NCBI GenBank assembly: GCA_041485445.1
Contig: JBGPJN010000002.1
Coordinates: forward strand, 1 to 47,030
Length of the DNA stretch: 47,030 bases
Direction: 5' to 3'
DNA from: Dehalococcoidia bacterium
Lineage (GTDB): Bacteria; Chloroflexota; Dehalococcoidia; Lucifugimonadales; UBA3495
A program made the translations under genes and the position numbers. Positions 1-9,148 of the stretch are shown here, piece by piece. The notes under the pieces were generated by a model. It searched no databases, was not told where the DNA came from, and worked only from the letters and a program-made list of their open reading frames with translations. Position 1 is the first letter of the stretch. Each line of letters begins with the position of its first letter.

Positions 1-6
1 CTGCCG

Positions 7-167
7 CAGGGCCGTTTCATTTTCGCCGCAAGGGCCTTGCCCCCGCTGGTTGAGTAGGCCCGACCGCAGTCGGGACGTATCGAAACCCGTCTCCCTGTTG
101 GTCTCGAAACGTCCCGATTTTATCGGGACTACTCGACCAGCGAGTGGAGGAAAATGAAACGGCCCTG
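7..167. repeat. MITE-like palindromic element, copy A
   Basis: Perfect 18-nt terminal inverted repeats CAGGGCCGTTTCATTTTC (7-24) and GAAAATGAAACGGCCCTG (150-167). The interior is a chain of short hairpins (CCCGAC-CGCA-GTCGGG, GTCCCGAT-TTT-ATCGGGAC). The same termini recur at 12350, 32595 and 44392. Confidence 0.6.
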
Positions 168-254
168 GTAGCTGCCGGGCCGCGTTCCAGACCGTAGGAT
201 GGTTCGGCCGATGTAGGCGCAGATCGCAGATCAATGTGTCTGCCCAAAAGCGTT

Positions 255-292
255 CAACCCCCCTTTTGCAAAGGGGGGCAGGTGGGATTCAG
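255..292. repeat. C6/G6 palindrome unit (CCCCCC-TTTTGCAAA-GGGGGG)
   Basis: Perfect 6-bp C/G stem at 258-263 and 273-278. Related units occur at 35438-35483 and 41095-41142. Confidence 0.6.
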
Positions 293-296
293 GCCT

Positions 297-332
297 GCAA
301 AAGAGAGGCGTCCCGATACCATCGGGACGCCT
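297..332 (-). terminator. Intrinsic terminator of the binding-protein gene 357-2120
   Basis: On the minus strand a 12-bp stem AGGCGTCCCGAT-GGT-ATCGGGACGCCT is followed by CTCTTTTGC. It lies 25 nt after the TAG stop. Confidence 0.65.
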
Positions 333-356
333 GGTGACCGTGTGGGTGGGGGTATG

Positions 357-2120
357 CTACTTGAGCCAGTGGGCGGTGTTAATCTGAATGCGCCGCCCGC
401 CGGGCATGTCTATGTAGTCCAGGTCCTTGTTGACGCCCCACACTGACACGACGTCCATGAAGGGCAGGTGCAGCAGGTTCTTGGCGAATTCGTCGTAGGA
501 CAGGGTCATCAGGCGCTCCCGCTCCGCGCCGCTGGCGGACAGGGCCGCGTCCGTCATCTTCTGCCGCTCGGCGGTGCAGTTCTTGCCCCGGTTGCTGCCG
601 CAGCTGGCGTAAAAGCTGAGCTGGCGGCCGAAGTCGAACAACTCACCGCCGGGGGCGAACATCACCATGCCCGGCGATGCGTTGTTTGGTTCCGGCGCCT
701 TGGAGGTGGCGACGCTCTCAATGGTGCCGCCCTTGGCCAGGATCCGTCCCGGCCCGGTGAGGTGCTTGTTCTGCCAGATGGCGTCGTCCACCACGTTGAC
801 CTTCGCGTTGATCCCTGCTTCTTTCCAGTAGGTGGCCAGGGCCTCGCCCACCTCCACGTCCTTGGGATAGCGCCCCTGGCGGTTCCACACCTGAAACTGG
901 TGGCGGCTGTCCACCGAGCTGCCAGTGGCGGTGTAGCCGGATTCTTGGAGCAGCTGCTTGGCCTTGGCCACATCGTAGGTGTAGATGGGCTTGGTGTTGT
1001 TCTCGTTAATCCCCAGCACGCCGGGGCCGTTGGGGCCGCTGTGGCACTTGGACTGGGGCCCAAAGAGGGCCAGGGCGATGGCCGGGCAGTCAACGGCGTG
1101 GACCAGGGCCTGGCGCACCCGCAGGTCCTTCAGGAAGGGGTCCCAGATGTAGTCCGTGTTGAGAGTATAGGTCTCCCCGGTGGAGGCCCGCACCGTCTTG
1201 CCGTTGGCGCTCTTGTTGAGGCGGTCGGCGAAGGTGGTTGCGTCCAGGTTGAAGGCTATGTCCGCCTCGCCGGTCTCCACCATGGCCGACCGCACCAGCT
1301 CCTCGTTGCGCCAGACGTACTTGGCGGTCTTGATGGAGCCTTTCTGGGCGATGAACCGGCCCTTGGGCTCCACATAACCGGGGTACTGCTCGATGGTGTA
1401 GGACCCGCCCTTCTTCCACTCCTTGAACTGGTAGGGCCCCCAGCCGACGATGCGGCCTTCCCCGTTGCGCTGGGCTTCCGGTGTGTTCTGGTACCAGGCC
1501 GGGGCCTGGAAGGTGTGGTACGAAGCGTAGCGGAGCAGCACGGGACAGGATATCTTGTCGCACACCCAGGCCACGGTCAGGTCGTCAATGACCTCGCCGT
1601 GGGCGGTGTCCACGTTGGCGAAGGCCTGGGAGCCGTTCTTGACGTTGCCGTGGAAGTCGATGCTGAACTTGGCGGCGGCGGCGTTCCAGGGCTCGCCGTT
1701 GTGGAACTTGACCCCAGGGGTCAGCTTGAACACCCAGCGGTTGGGAGTCTCCATCTTGAAGCTCTCAAACCCGGCGGTGAGGGTGTCCTCAAAGTCCGGA
1801 CCCAGGAGCGCAGGTCCTGGCACCACGTTGAGGCCGATGTGGTAGGGGTACGCGGTGGTGGCCAGGAAGATGTCAGGGTTGGCCGGCTCCACGTTGATTA
1901 CCACGGTCACGTCGGAGCGCTTGGCCACCACCTGGGTGGGCCGGGCCGTGGGCAGCACCACCGGCGCCGGCGCGAACGCCGTGGTCGGGACAGGCGCCTT
2001 GGTGGGCGCCGGAGTGGCGGTGGCCGCCGCGCCGCAGGCAACTAACAGGACTGCGGCCAACGCTGTCAGGGCGGATGCCAATCGGGTAAACTTGTTGGGT
2101 CGCCTGGTCGGAAATGGCAT
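357..2120 (-). CDS. ABC transporter substrate-binding lipoprotein, family 5 (peptide/nickel, OppA/DppA-like)
   Basis: 587-aa ORF. The N-terminus has a signal peptide plus lipobox (LLVACGAAATATPAPT). Length and sequence are typical of SBP family 5. It is paralogous to 20649-22490 and 22928-24688. Confidence 0.88.
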   Translation of the reverse strand: MPFPTRRPNKFTRLASALTALAAVLLVACGAAATATPAPTKAPVPTTAFAPAPVVLPTARPTQVVAKRSDVTVVINVEPANPDIFLATTAYPYHIGLNVVPGPALLGPDFEDTLTAGFESFKMETPNRWVFKLTPGVKFHNGEPWNAAAAKFSIDFHGNVKNGSQAFANVDTAHGEVIDDLTVAWVCDKISCPVLLRYASYHTFQAPAWYQNTPEAQRNGEGRIVGWGPYQFKEWKKGGSYTIEQYPGYVEPKGRFIAQKGSIKTAKYVWRNEELVRSAMVETGEADIAFNLDATTFADRLNKSANGKTVRASTGETYTLNTDYIWDPFLKDLRVRQALVHAVDCPAIALALFGPQSKCHSGPNGPGVLGINENNTKPIYTYDVAKAKQLLQESGYTATGSSVDSRHQFQVWNRQGRYPKDVEVGEALATYWKEAGINAKVNVVDDAIWQNKHLTGPGRILAKGGTIESVATSKAPEPNNASPGMVMFAPGGELFDFGRQLSFYASCGSNRGKNCTAERQKMTDAALSASGAERERLMTLSYDEFAKNLLHLPFMDVVSVWGVNKDLDYIDMPGGRRIQINTAHWLK

Positions 2121-2292
2121 TACGGTCTCCTCAATACAAGAATACTGATGTCGCTTTCCGATAATGGACTATCAACAACCGTAACTAGATGGGGGAATCC
2201 AACCGAAGCCGTATAATATGCGCTGCAATATCGTCGTTACTCCCGCATGGGCGCGCCAGCGTAAGCAGATATATATACTATCGAGGGCTTCA

Positions 2293-3039
2293 ATGTCAAC
2301 CACCGGCAGCAACCCACCCAATCCCCTTCCTCTCTGGCCGGCAATTTCCCGCGCCAGGGTGGTGGATCTGAGCCAGCCGCTGCACCCCGGCATTCCCCGC
2401 TGGCCGGGGGACCCGCCCCCGGAGTTTGCTTCCGTGGCCAGCGTGCAGCGCGAGGGTTACTTCCTGCGCCGCTTCACCCTGGGAGAGCACAGCGGCACCC
2501 ACCTGAACGCTCCCAACAGCTTCCACCCCGGTGGCATGAGCGTTGACCTGTACCCCGCGGGCGCCCTGGTGGCGCCGGCGGTGGTCCTGGATGTGCGGGA
2601 GGCCGCCGCCGCCAACCCCGACTTCACCCTTGGCTCGGTCCAGGTGAGTGCGTGGGAGCGGCAGCACGGCGTGGTCCCCGCGGGCAGCCTGGTGCTGCTA
2701 TGCACCGGCTGGCCGGCAAAGTGGGCCCATCCGGACCGGTATCTGGGCCTGGATGCCCAGGGGACGCCCCATTTCCCCGGCTTCAGCCTGGCGGCGGCGC
2801 GGTTTCTGGTGGAGCAGCGGGGCGTGGCCGGCCTGGGCATCGACACCCACGGCGTGGATGGCGGGCAGAACACCGCCTTCACCATCAACCGGCTGGTGCT
2901 GGAGCAGCCCCGGCTGGTGCTGGAAAACCTCACCAACTTGGACCAGCTCCCGCCGGTGGGAGCGGTGCTGTTTGTCGGGCGGCTGACGCTGCAAGGGGGC
3001 AGCGGCTCCCCGGCCGCCGTGCTGGCGCTGGCGCCCTAA
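2293..3039 (+). CDS. Putative cyclase / kynurenine-formamidase-like hydrolase family protein
   Basis: The motif HSGTHLNAPNSFH resembles the cyclase-family HxGTHxDxPxH, and GIDTHGVDGG lies near the C-terminal part. Start chosen at ATG 2293, which has GAGGG 8 nt upstream. The track ORF starts at 2218. Confidence 0.75.
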   Translation: MSTTGSNPPNPLPLWPAISRARVVDLSQPLHPGIPRWPGDPPPEFASVASVQREGYFLRRFTLGEHSGTHLNAPNSFHPGGMSVDLYPAGALVAPAVVLDVREAAAANPDFTLGSVQVSAWERQHGVVPAGSLVLLCTGWPAKWAHPDRYLGLDAQGTPHFPGFSLAAARFLVEQRGVAGLGIDTHGVDGGQNTAFTINRLVLEQPRLVLENLTNLDQLPPVGAVLFVGRLTLQGGSGSPAAVLALAP

Positions 3040-3452
3040 CGGCCTCGGCTTGGCGCCCCCAGGCGGGCCACTCCGGCCTTGGCGCAGTCCTCGTCCTGCT
3101 GGCTGGTGCCGCCGCCCACGCCGCAGGCCCCTTCCACCAATCCGTTGCGGATGATGGGCACCGCGCCCTGGCCAAAGATCATGTGTCCGCCCTCCAGCTC
3201 CCGGATGCCCGCCGGCGTCGGCTGGGTAGCCCGCTCGGCCATCTCGCCACTGGCGCGGCCAAAGGCCGCGGAGGCCACCGCCTTGCCCTGGCAGCCGTAG
3301 GCGCTGGCCCAGATGGCCCCGTCCATGCGGTTCAGCGCCACCAGCCGGCTGCCGGCGTCGCACACCGCCACGCTAACCTTGATGTTCAGCTCCAGGGCTT
3401 TGGCGATGGCGCCATCTACAATCTGTTTGGCCTCGGCCAAGGTGAGGGACAT
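3036..3452 (-). CDS. GlcG/HbpS-like (DUF336) haem-binding family protein
   Basis: MSLTLAEAKQIVDGAIAKALELN...GGGTSQQDEDCAKAG is typical of the GlcG family. Start taken at ATG 3452. Its TAG stop overlaps the TAA stop of the convergent cyclase gene (CTAA at 3036-3039). Confidence 0.8.
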   Translation of the reverse strand: MSLTLAEAKQIVDGAIAKALELNIKVSVAVCDAGSRLVALNRMDGAIWASAYGCQGKAVASAAFGRASGEMAERATQPTPAGIRELEGGHMIFGQGAVPIIRNGLVEGACGVGGGTSQQDEDCAKAGVARLGAPSRGR

Positions 3453-3614
3453 GGCACACCTCCCCAGAAAAGCGTTTGAAGTGACAACCTTTGGTTCGGA
3501 AAGCATTCTAACGCCGCCGGATACAGTTTAGTAGATGGGCAGGCTGGATGTTATACTTATAACTATGAGTTCATTGAGACCGGGCGGCCGGCGGTCACCT
3601 GGGGAGACAGGGGC

Positions 3615-4451
3615 GTGCTGACCAAGCGCATAATCCCCTGCCTGGACGTGGACGCGGGCCGGGTGGTCAAGGGAACCAGCTTCGTCAATCTGCGGGATGC
3701 CGGCGACCCGGCGGAGCTGGCCGCCCGCTATGACCAGGAGGGCGGCGACGAGCTGGTGTTCCTGGACATCACCGCCAGCGCCCAGTCGCGGGACACCATG
3801 GTGGACGTGGTGCGGCGGGTGTCCGAGCAGGTGTTCATCCCTCTGACGGTGGGCGGCGGCATCCGCACGGTGGACGATGTGCGGCGCATGCTCCGCGCCG
3901 GGGCGGACAAGGTCTCAGTCAACACCGCCGCGGTCAGCCAGCCCGCCCTCCTCAGCGACGGCGCCGGCCAGTTCGGCAGCCAGTGCATGGTGCTGGCCAT
4001 CGACGCCCGCCGGGTGCTCCCCGGCATTCGAGTCGCCGCCGGTCCGCCCAAGGATTTGGCCCTGGGGGAAGGCTCCCGCTGGGAGGTCTGCACCCACGGC
4101 GGACGCACCCCCACCGGCCTGGATGCCGTGCAGTGGGCCATTCGCGGCGTGGCGCTGGGCGCCGGGGAGATCCTGCTGACCAGCATGGACGCCGACGGCC
4201 AGCTATCTGGCTACGACCTGGAGTTGACCCGGGCCATCTCCCAGGCGGTGCCCGTGCCGGTCATCGCCAGCGGCGGGGCGGGCACCCTGGAACACCTGTA
4301 CCAGGCTTTCACCCAGGGCCTGGCCGACGCCGTGCTGGCCGCCAGCATCTTCCACTTCGGGACCTACTCCATCGCCCAGGCCAAGGACTACCTGGGCCAG
4401 CGGGGCATCCCGGTTCGCCGGCAGCCCGCCGTAAGCCGGCTGGCGGGCTGA
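3615..4451 (+). CDS. hisF: Imidazole glycerol phosphate synthase, cyclase subunit
   Basis: [20 protein letters not shown]...[11 protein letters not shown]...VIASGGAG are canonical HisF motifs. GTG start with GGGGAG upstream. Confidence 0.95.
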   Translation: MLTKRIIPCLDVDAGRVVKGTSFVNLRDAGDPAELAARYDQEGGDELVFLDITASAQSRDTMVDVVRRVSEQVFIPLTVGGGIRTVDDVRRMLRAGADKVSVNTAAVSQPALLSDGAGQFGSQCMVLAIDARRVLPGIRVAAGPPKDLALGEGSRWEVCTHGGRTPTGLDAVQWAIRGVALGAGEILLTSMDADGQLSGYDLELTRAISQAVPVPVIASGGAGTLEHLYQAFTQGLADAVLAASIFHFGTYSIAQAKDYLGQRGIPVRRQPAVSRLAG

Positions 4452-4537
4452 GTCCGGAGCGTCTGTCACCCCATGTCCTGTCACAGGATACCAACAGTCT
4501 GAAGCCACGCCCCAACAGGAGACGCCGTTCCGGCCCC

Positions 4538-5278
4538 ATGAGTCCCATCACCACCATCATATTTGACATGTACGACACCCTGGCCCAGAACCACTCTCGG
4601 TTCTGGCTGGAGACGGTGGGCCGCGTCATCCGGGAGCAGGGTCTTAACGCCGCGCCCGAGCAACTGTGGCAGGAGTGGCGCAAGGTGGACGCCGTTTCAC
4701 GACGGCGACGGACCCAGCCCGGAGCGCCCTTCCGGAGCTACTTTGAGTCGTGGTGGGAGGCCTTCAGCGGCGCCTTTGCCGCCCTGGGTCTGGTGGGGGA
4801 CGCAGAGGCCGCCACCCGGCGCTCCTTCCAGGACATGGGCCGCCGCCCGGCTTACCCGGAAACCCTGGAAGCCTTGGGCCTGGTGCAGCGGCAGTGGCGC
4901 ACCGCCCTGCTCTCCAACGCCGACGATGACTACCTTCGGCCCAACCTGGCCCACCTAGGGCTGGAGTTCGGTCAAGTGTTGTCCTCCCAAGAGGCCCGCT
5001 GCTACAAGCCCCGGCCCGAGCTGTTCCAGGAGATGCTGCGGCGTCTGAAGGCGACGCCCCAGGAGTGTTGCTACGTGGGCGACCGCCAGTTGGAGGACGT
5101 GCAGGGGGCGCGAGGGGTGGGGATGCACACCGTCTGGATTAACCGCGCCGGCGCTGCGCCAGACCCCGGTCTGCCTGCGCCGGACGATACGATTCTCAGC
5201 TTGCTGGAGCTTCCCACCCTGGCAAGTCTAGGAGCGCCTAACATAATCAACTTTGACCGAGACCCACCCCCATCCTAA
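4538..5278 (+). CDS. HAD-superfamily hydrolase (haloacid-dehalogenase-like subfamily)
   Basis: Motif I is IIFDMYDTL (DxYxT type), followed by LLSNADDD, then YKPRPELF and YVGDRQLEDVQGA. The start is ATG 4538 inside the longer track ORF 3983-5278. Confidence 0.8.
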   Translation: MSPITTIIFDMYDTLAQNHSRFWLETVGRVIREQGLNAAPEQLWQEWRKVDAVSRRRRTQPGAPFRSYFESWWEAFSGAFAALGLVGDAEAATRRSFQDMGRRPAYPETLEALGLVQRQWRTALLSNADDDYLRPNLAHLGLEFGQVLSSQEARCYKPRPELFQEMLRRLKATPQECCYVGDRQLEDVQGARGVGMHTVWINRAGAAPDPGLPAPDDTILSLLELPTLASLGAPNIINFDRDPPPS

Positions 5279-5301
5279 CCTTCCCCCATCAAGGGGGAAG
5301 G
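5279..5301. repeat. Hairpin repeat CCTTCCCCC-ATCAA-GGGGGAAGG, followed by a GGATTAAGGTGGGGG unit
   Basis: 9-bp perfect stem starting directly after the HAD stop codon. The adjacent GGATTAAGG(Y)G(R)GGG motif recurs at about 27341. Confidence 0.5.
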
Positions 5302-5399
5302 AATGAGTCTCCTCCACCTCGATGGGGGAGGATTAAGGTGGGGGTGAAAAGCTCCACCTGCGCATTTTGTCAGGGATTCTGAGCCGTGAGTGAGGGGCC

Positions 5400-6038
5400 A
5401 TGACCGAGTTACGCCCTATGCCGGTGAAGCTGAACGACCAGGGCCTGCTGCCCGCCATTGCCCAGGACATCAACACCGGGCAGGTGCTGATGCTGGGGTA
5501 TGTCAACCCCGGGTCCCTGAAACGCACCCTGGAAGGGGGCCAGGTCTGGTTCTACAGCCGCAGCCGTGAGGACCTGTGGCACAAGGGTGAGATGTCGGGC
5601 CACTACCTCAATCTGAAAGAGGCCTGGCTGGACTGCGATGCCGACACGGTGCTGCTCCGGGTGCAGCCGGACGGCCCCACCTGCCACACCGGCGCGGTCT
5701 CCTGCTTCTTCAACCTGCTGGAGGGGGCGCCCGCCCAGTACGACACCGCCGATAACGGCGCACGCATCCTGGACGAGCTGTTCGCCCTGGTGAAGGACCG
5801 GCAGCAGGCCATGCCCCAGGGCAGCTACACCACCCGGCTGTTCGAGGAGGGCGTGGCCCGCATTGCCCAGAAGGTCATCGAAGAGGCCGGGGAGACCGCC
5901 ATCGCCGCGGTGCAAGGAGACCAGGAGGCGCTCCCCCAGGAGGTGGCGGACCTGCTCTACCACACCCTGGTGTTGTTGGCTGCCTCGGGAGTTGGGCCGG
6001 CGCAGGTGTGGGAAGTGTTGCGGCGGCGCAGGCACTAG
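5400..6038 (+). CDS. hisI: Bifunctional phosphoribosyl-AMP cyclohydrolase / phosphoribosyl-ATP pyrophosphatase
   Basis: The N-terminal half (LLPAIAQD...WFYSRSREDLWHKGEMSGH...DCDADTVLL...CHTG) is HisI. The C-terminal half (SYTTRLFEEG..KVIEEAGE..EVADLLYH) is HisE. Confidence 0.93.
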   Translation: MTELRPMPVKLNDQGLLPAIAQDINTGQVLMLGYVNPGSLKRTLEGGQVWFYSRSREDLWHKGEMSGHYLNLKEAWLDCDADTVLLRVQPDGPTCHTGAVSCFFNLLEGAPAQYDTADNGARILDELFALVKDRQQAMPQGSYTTRLFEEGVARIAQKVIEEAGETAIAAVQGDQEALPQEVADLLYHTLVLLAASGVGPAQVWEVLRRRRH

Positions 6039-6160
6039 GCCTGGCCCAATATCAGGGTGTTAACACCATCGGTTGACGGACTAAAGTATGGTACCCTCGC
6101 CGTCTTGGGTGTTGTGCGCCTGTCGTCAGGGTGATGCGCAAGCCAGGGGAGCGGTAACGG

Positions 6161-7693
6161 ATGTTCAGCCTGAACGCCACGGGGGCGGCCGATTTGATGC
6201 TGGCCTTTGGTTACGCCCTGGCCCTTTTTCTTTTCCTGCGAGCGGTGGGCAAGGGGCTGGCGGGCGGCCGGGCCGCCGGCGTGGTGGTGGTGCCGGTCCT
6301 GGCCGGCCTGGCGATTGTCTTGCTGCTCCTGGTGACCAACTGGCACGACTCCCTAAAGGTTTTCCGGCTCTCGGTGTTCGGGATGAAGCAACCCTTCTCC
6401 ACCGGAGCCGTTCTGGTGGCGGTGGTGGCCGCCGTGGCCGCCGGGGACCTGGCGTTGGGCCGGATCACGCCCCTGGTGCATGCGGTCATCGTATTTGTCA
6501 CACGCCAGAGGGCCGGGGGCGCGGCGCCCAGAGCCTGGACGGTGGACGTGGCGTTGGCCCTGACCCTCACCGTCGCCCTGAGCGCCACCGTCGTGTTGGC
6601 CGAGGTGATCCGCCCAAAGTCGGACCTGCAGGTCTCGGACCAAACTCCGGGCCTGCAATTCACCCTGGAGGCCAGCTACGCACTGCCGGGCCAGCCCCAG
6701 GGCATGGTCTTTCGGGGCGATACCGATGGTTACATGTCCATATTCCAGCAAGGCATCATGCGGTTTGTGCTTCCCTCCCAACCCGGAGAGCAGCTAACTC
6801 TGGAGTTGGCGGCCGGTGACATGTACGACCCGCGGGGCCTGGCGATTCTCAACAACACCCTGTTCATCGCGCATATGGAGCGGATTGTGGGTGTTAATGT
6901 AGAGGTTGACCCGGCAAGCCCCGAGTCAGCGTACCTGGTGCCGGCGTCTCCCAAGGGTGGCAGCATCATTGCCTTTGACATCCTTCCCGACGGCAGCCTG
7001 CACAACCGGCGGACAGTGGTGGCGGACCTGCCGGTGAACAGCTACTACCACGCCGTCCACTCCATTGCGGCGGGGCCCGACGGCAAGCTCTACATAGCGG
7101 TCGGCGGGGCTCTGTTCCCAAATAGCTACGCAGCCTATCCGCTTCTGGGCACCGTGGTGCGCTTCAACCCAGATGGCAGCGAGCTGGAAGTGTTTGCCCG
7201 GGGCATTCGAAACATCTACGACCTGGTCTTTGACGATAAAGGCCGGCTTTTTGGCGTGGATAACGACGGCTCCGGCGCCAGGGGCTACCGGAGGGAAGAG
7301 GTGCTGCTGATCCAGCAGGGGGACCATTTCGGCTACCCACAGGAAGGCACCTTTGACCTGCCCCACCGGTTGAGGAACGCGCCTCCCCTGTGGGTCCTGC
7401 CCGACGCCAACTCCGGCTCGGCCGGGCTGGAGATAGCGTCTAGAGTGGGGGTGGCCCCTGGCCTGTTTATTGGGGGACCTAAACTGATCTACCTGCCGAT
7501 GGCGGAGGACGAAAAAGGATTCTATGTCCATCCCTCCAGTAAAGCCCCATCGGTCCAGTTGGAGCCTGGTGACACGCTGCTGGACCGGCAGGGGTACTTT
7601 ACGGTGGTGCAGGCGGGTCCGGGCCACCGGCTTTACGCCGGAGTTTGGACGTTCAGCCGCACCAGCTACCTCTACCAGCTGAAGTTCCAGTAG
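6161..7693 (+). CDS. Membrane-anchored beta-propeller protein, PQQ-dependent sugar (sorbosone/glucose) dehydrogenase-like
   Basis: About 150 aa of hydrophobic helices, then RNIYDLVFDDKGRLFGVDNDGSG...QQGDHFGYPQ. This resembles the GSDH-family RN..G..FD..G.L...DNG...G.NYGWP pattern. Confidence 0.65.
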   Translation: MFSLNATGAADLMLAFGYALALFLFLRAVGKGLAGGRAAGVVVVPVLAGLAIVLLLLVTNWHDSLKVFRLSVFGMKQPFSTGAVLVAVVAAVAAGDLALGRITPLVHAVIVFVTRQRAGGAAPRAWTVDVALALTLTVALSATVVLAEVIRPKSDLQVSDQTPGLQFTLEASYALPGQPQGMVFRGDTDGYMSIFQQGIMRFVLPSQPGEQLTLELAAGDMYDPRGLAILNNTLFIAHMERIVGVNVEVDPASPESAYLVPASPKGGSIIAFDILPDGSLHNRRTVVADLPVNSYYHAVHSIAAGPDGKLYIAVGGALFPNSYAAYPLLGTVVRFNPDGSELEVFARGIRNIYDLVFDDKGRLFGVDNDGSGARGYRREEVLLIQQGDHFGYPQEGTFDLPHRLRNAPPLWVLPDANSGSAGLEIASRVGVAPGLFIGGPKLIYLPMAEDEKGFYVHPSSKAPSVQLEPGDTLLDRQGYFTVVQAGPGHRLYAGVWTFSRTSYLYQLKFQ

Positions 7694-7790
7694 CCACGGG
7701 CGCGGTGGCATGCCCTGCGGAGCTTGGCGCAAGCATCGACACTGGTTGGGGGGTTTTCGCCAACCACGGCCAGCGAACTGGCCAGGCCCC

Positions 7791-8480
7791 CTATACCTGG
7801 GCGGGCAGGCGGTCCCCGGACTGGTAGCTGGTCCACGTTCCGTCGCGGTACACCACCACCCGGCCCACGCCCACCACCCGCCAGCGGCCGGGGCGTCCCA
7901 GACAGCCGGTGCGGGCGTCAATACCCAGCACCGTCAGGCCGGCGGGCGACTGCAATTGGAGCTGCCGGGCGGTCTCCGCGGGGTCCTTGTCTTCGTGGTG
8001 GGGCAGCACCGCCAACCCGGGGACTATGCCCAGCCCCTTCACCCAGCCGCCTTGCTGGGGGCGGCGCATCTGTTCCCCCATGACCATGGCGCCGGCGCTG
8101 GAGCCGGCCAGCACTGTTCCGTTGTCCAATGCCTGCCGCAGCGCCTGGAGCAGCAGGGAGCCCTTTAGCGTCTCCAGCAGATAGTCGGGGCTGCCGCCGG
8201 CAAAGTAGATGACCCCGGCCCCAATCACCGTCTGGCACAACGCCGGGTCGTCCGCCTTGGCGCGGTCCAGCACCATTAGGGGGTTGGCGTCCCCCCCCAG
8301 GCTGTTGAAGTGGCGTACCCCATGCTCCGCAGAGTCAACCGGCGTGTACCAAGCAGCCGCCGTGGGGACCACCAGCACCCGGGCCGGGTTCTGGCCGCTG
8401 GCGCGCAGAATCTCCCGGTCCATCCCCTCGCACCCCACCCGAAACTCGTTGCCGCCCACCAGGGCGATGTCACCTGCCAT
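7791..8480 (-). CDS. Peptidase S51 / cyanophycinase-like (class I glutamine amidotransferase-like fold)
   Basis: VIYFAGGSPDYLLETL and LAGSSAGAMVMG (nucleophile elbow) are typical of the S51 family. Confidence 0.72.
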   Translation of the reverse strand: MAGDIALVGGNEFRVGCEGMDREILRASGQNPARVLVVPTAAAWYTPVDSAEHGVRHFNSLGGDANPLMVLDRAKADDPALCQTVIGAGVIYFAGGSPDYLLETLKGSLLLQALRQALDNGTVLAGSSAGAMVMGEQMRRPQQGGWVKGLGIVPGLAVLPHHEDKDPAETARQLQLQSPAGLTVLGIDARTGCLGRPGRWRVVGVGRVVVYRDGTWTSYQSGDRLPAQV

Positions 8481-8659
8481 TGAAGCACCTCACGGCCCAC
8501 GGGTACCGGTGTGGTAAGGCCCAGGTCATTCTAGCAGAACCCAGTGGCCTGGAAGCGTCCCCTGCCCGCGCATTGACCCGGCCCCAGGCCGGGGCTAGAA
8601 TGCTAGCATCTTCCCGAAGCCGCCGGCAACGGTTGGCGACGGAATTTCAAGGGGGCGCG

Positions 8660-9070
8660 ATGTTCACGTCGGTGCATCATGTACACTATGTGGTCCGCAA
8701 CCGGGACGCCATGGTGGCCTACATTGAGAAAAACTTTGGCCTCAAGCCCATCAACCAGGAGGTCCACCCCGGTCGTGGCAAGGATGCCATGTACAAGGTG
8801 GGCACCACCCTCATCGAGCTGACCGAGCCGCTGGACCCCAACTCGCCCATGGCCAAGCAGCTGGCCGCCAGCGGTCCGGGCGTGTGGCACGTGGCCTGGC
8901 GGGTGCCCAGCGTGCGCCAGGCGGCCAAGGAGTTGGCCGCCAAGGGCAACAAACTGCGGGGGGAGGGCGGACTGACCCAGAGCCCGCGGGGGTACACCAC
9001 GGTGAACATCGACCAGGCCAGCTCCCTGGGCGTCTGGTTCCAGTTGGCGCAGGGCGCCGCCAAGGAGTAA
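8660..9070 (+). CDS. VOC (glyoxalase/bleomycin-resistance/dioxygenase) family protein, methylmalonyl-CoA-epimerase-like
   Basis: MFTSVHHVHYVVRNRDAMVAYIEKNFG...GPGVWHVAWRV. Start at ATG 8660 inside track ORF 8480-9070. Confidence 0.78.
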   Translation: MFTSVHHVHYVVRNRDAMVAYIEKNFGLKPINQEVHPGRGKDAMYKVGTTLIELTEPLDPNSPMAKQLAASGPGVWHVAWRVPSVRQAAKELAAKGNKLRGEGGLTQSPRGYTTVNIDQASSLGVWFQLAQGAAKE

Positions 9071-9148
9071 GGGAAGGATGACCCTCGCCGCTGCCCGCGT
9101 CCCGCTCTGGCGGGGCGGCCAAGGGCAACATTGCCAAGGGCAACATTG

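Noticed and set aside
468-2045. 525-aa ORF on the plus strand, opposite the first binding-protein gene
   Set aside because: Its composition is Gly/Ala/Val/His/Arg-rich and low in complexity, with no recognisable motif. It exactly shadows a minus-strand ORF that has clear SBP family 5 features. This is a typical high-GC antisense artefact.
3983-4537. N-terminal 185 codons of track ORF 3983-5278
   Set aside because: This part overlaps hisF out of frame and is Arg/Pro/Gly-rich. The HAD motif I sits 9 residues after ATG 4538, the normal position for this superfamily.
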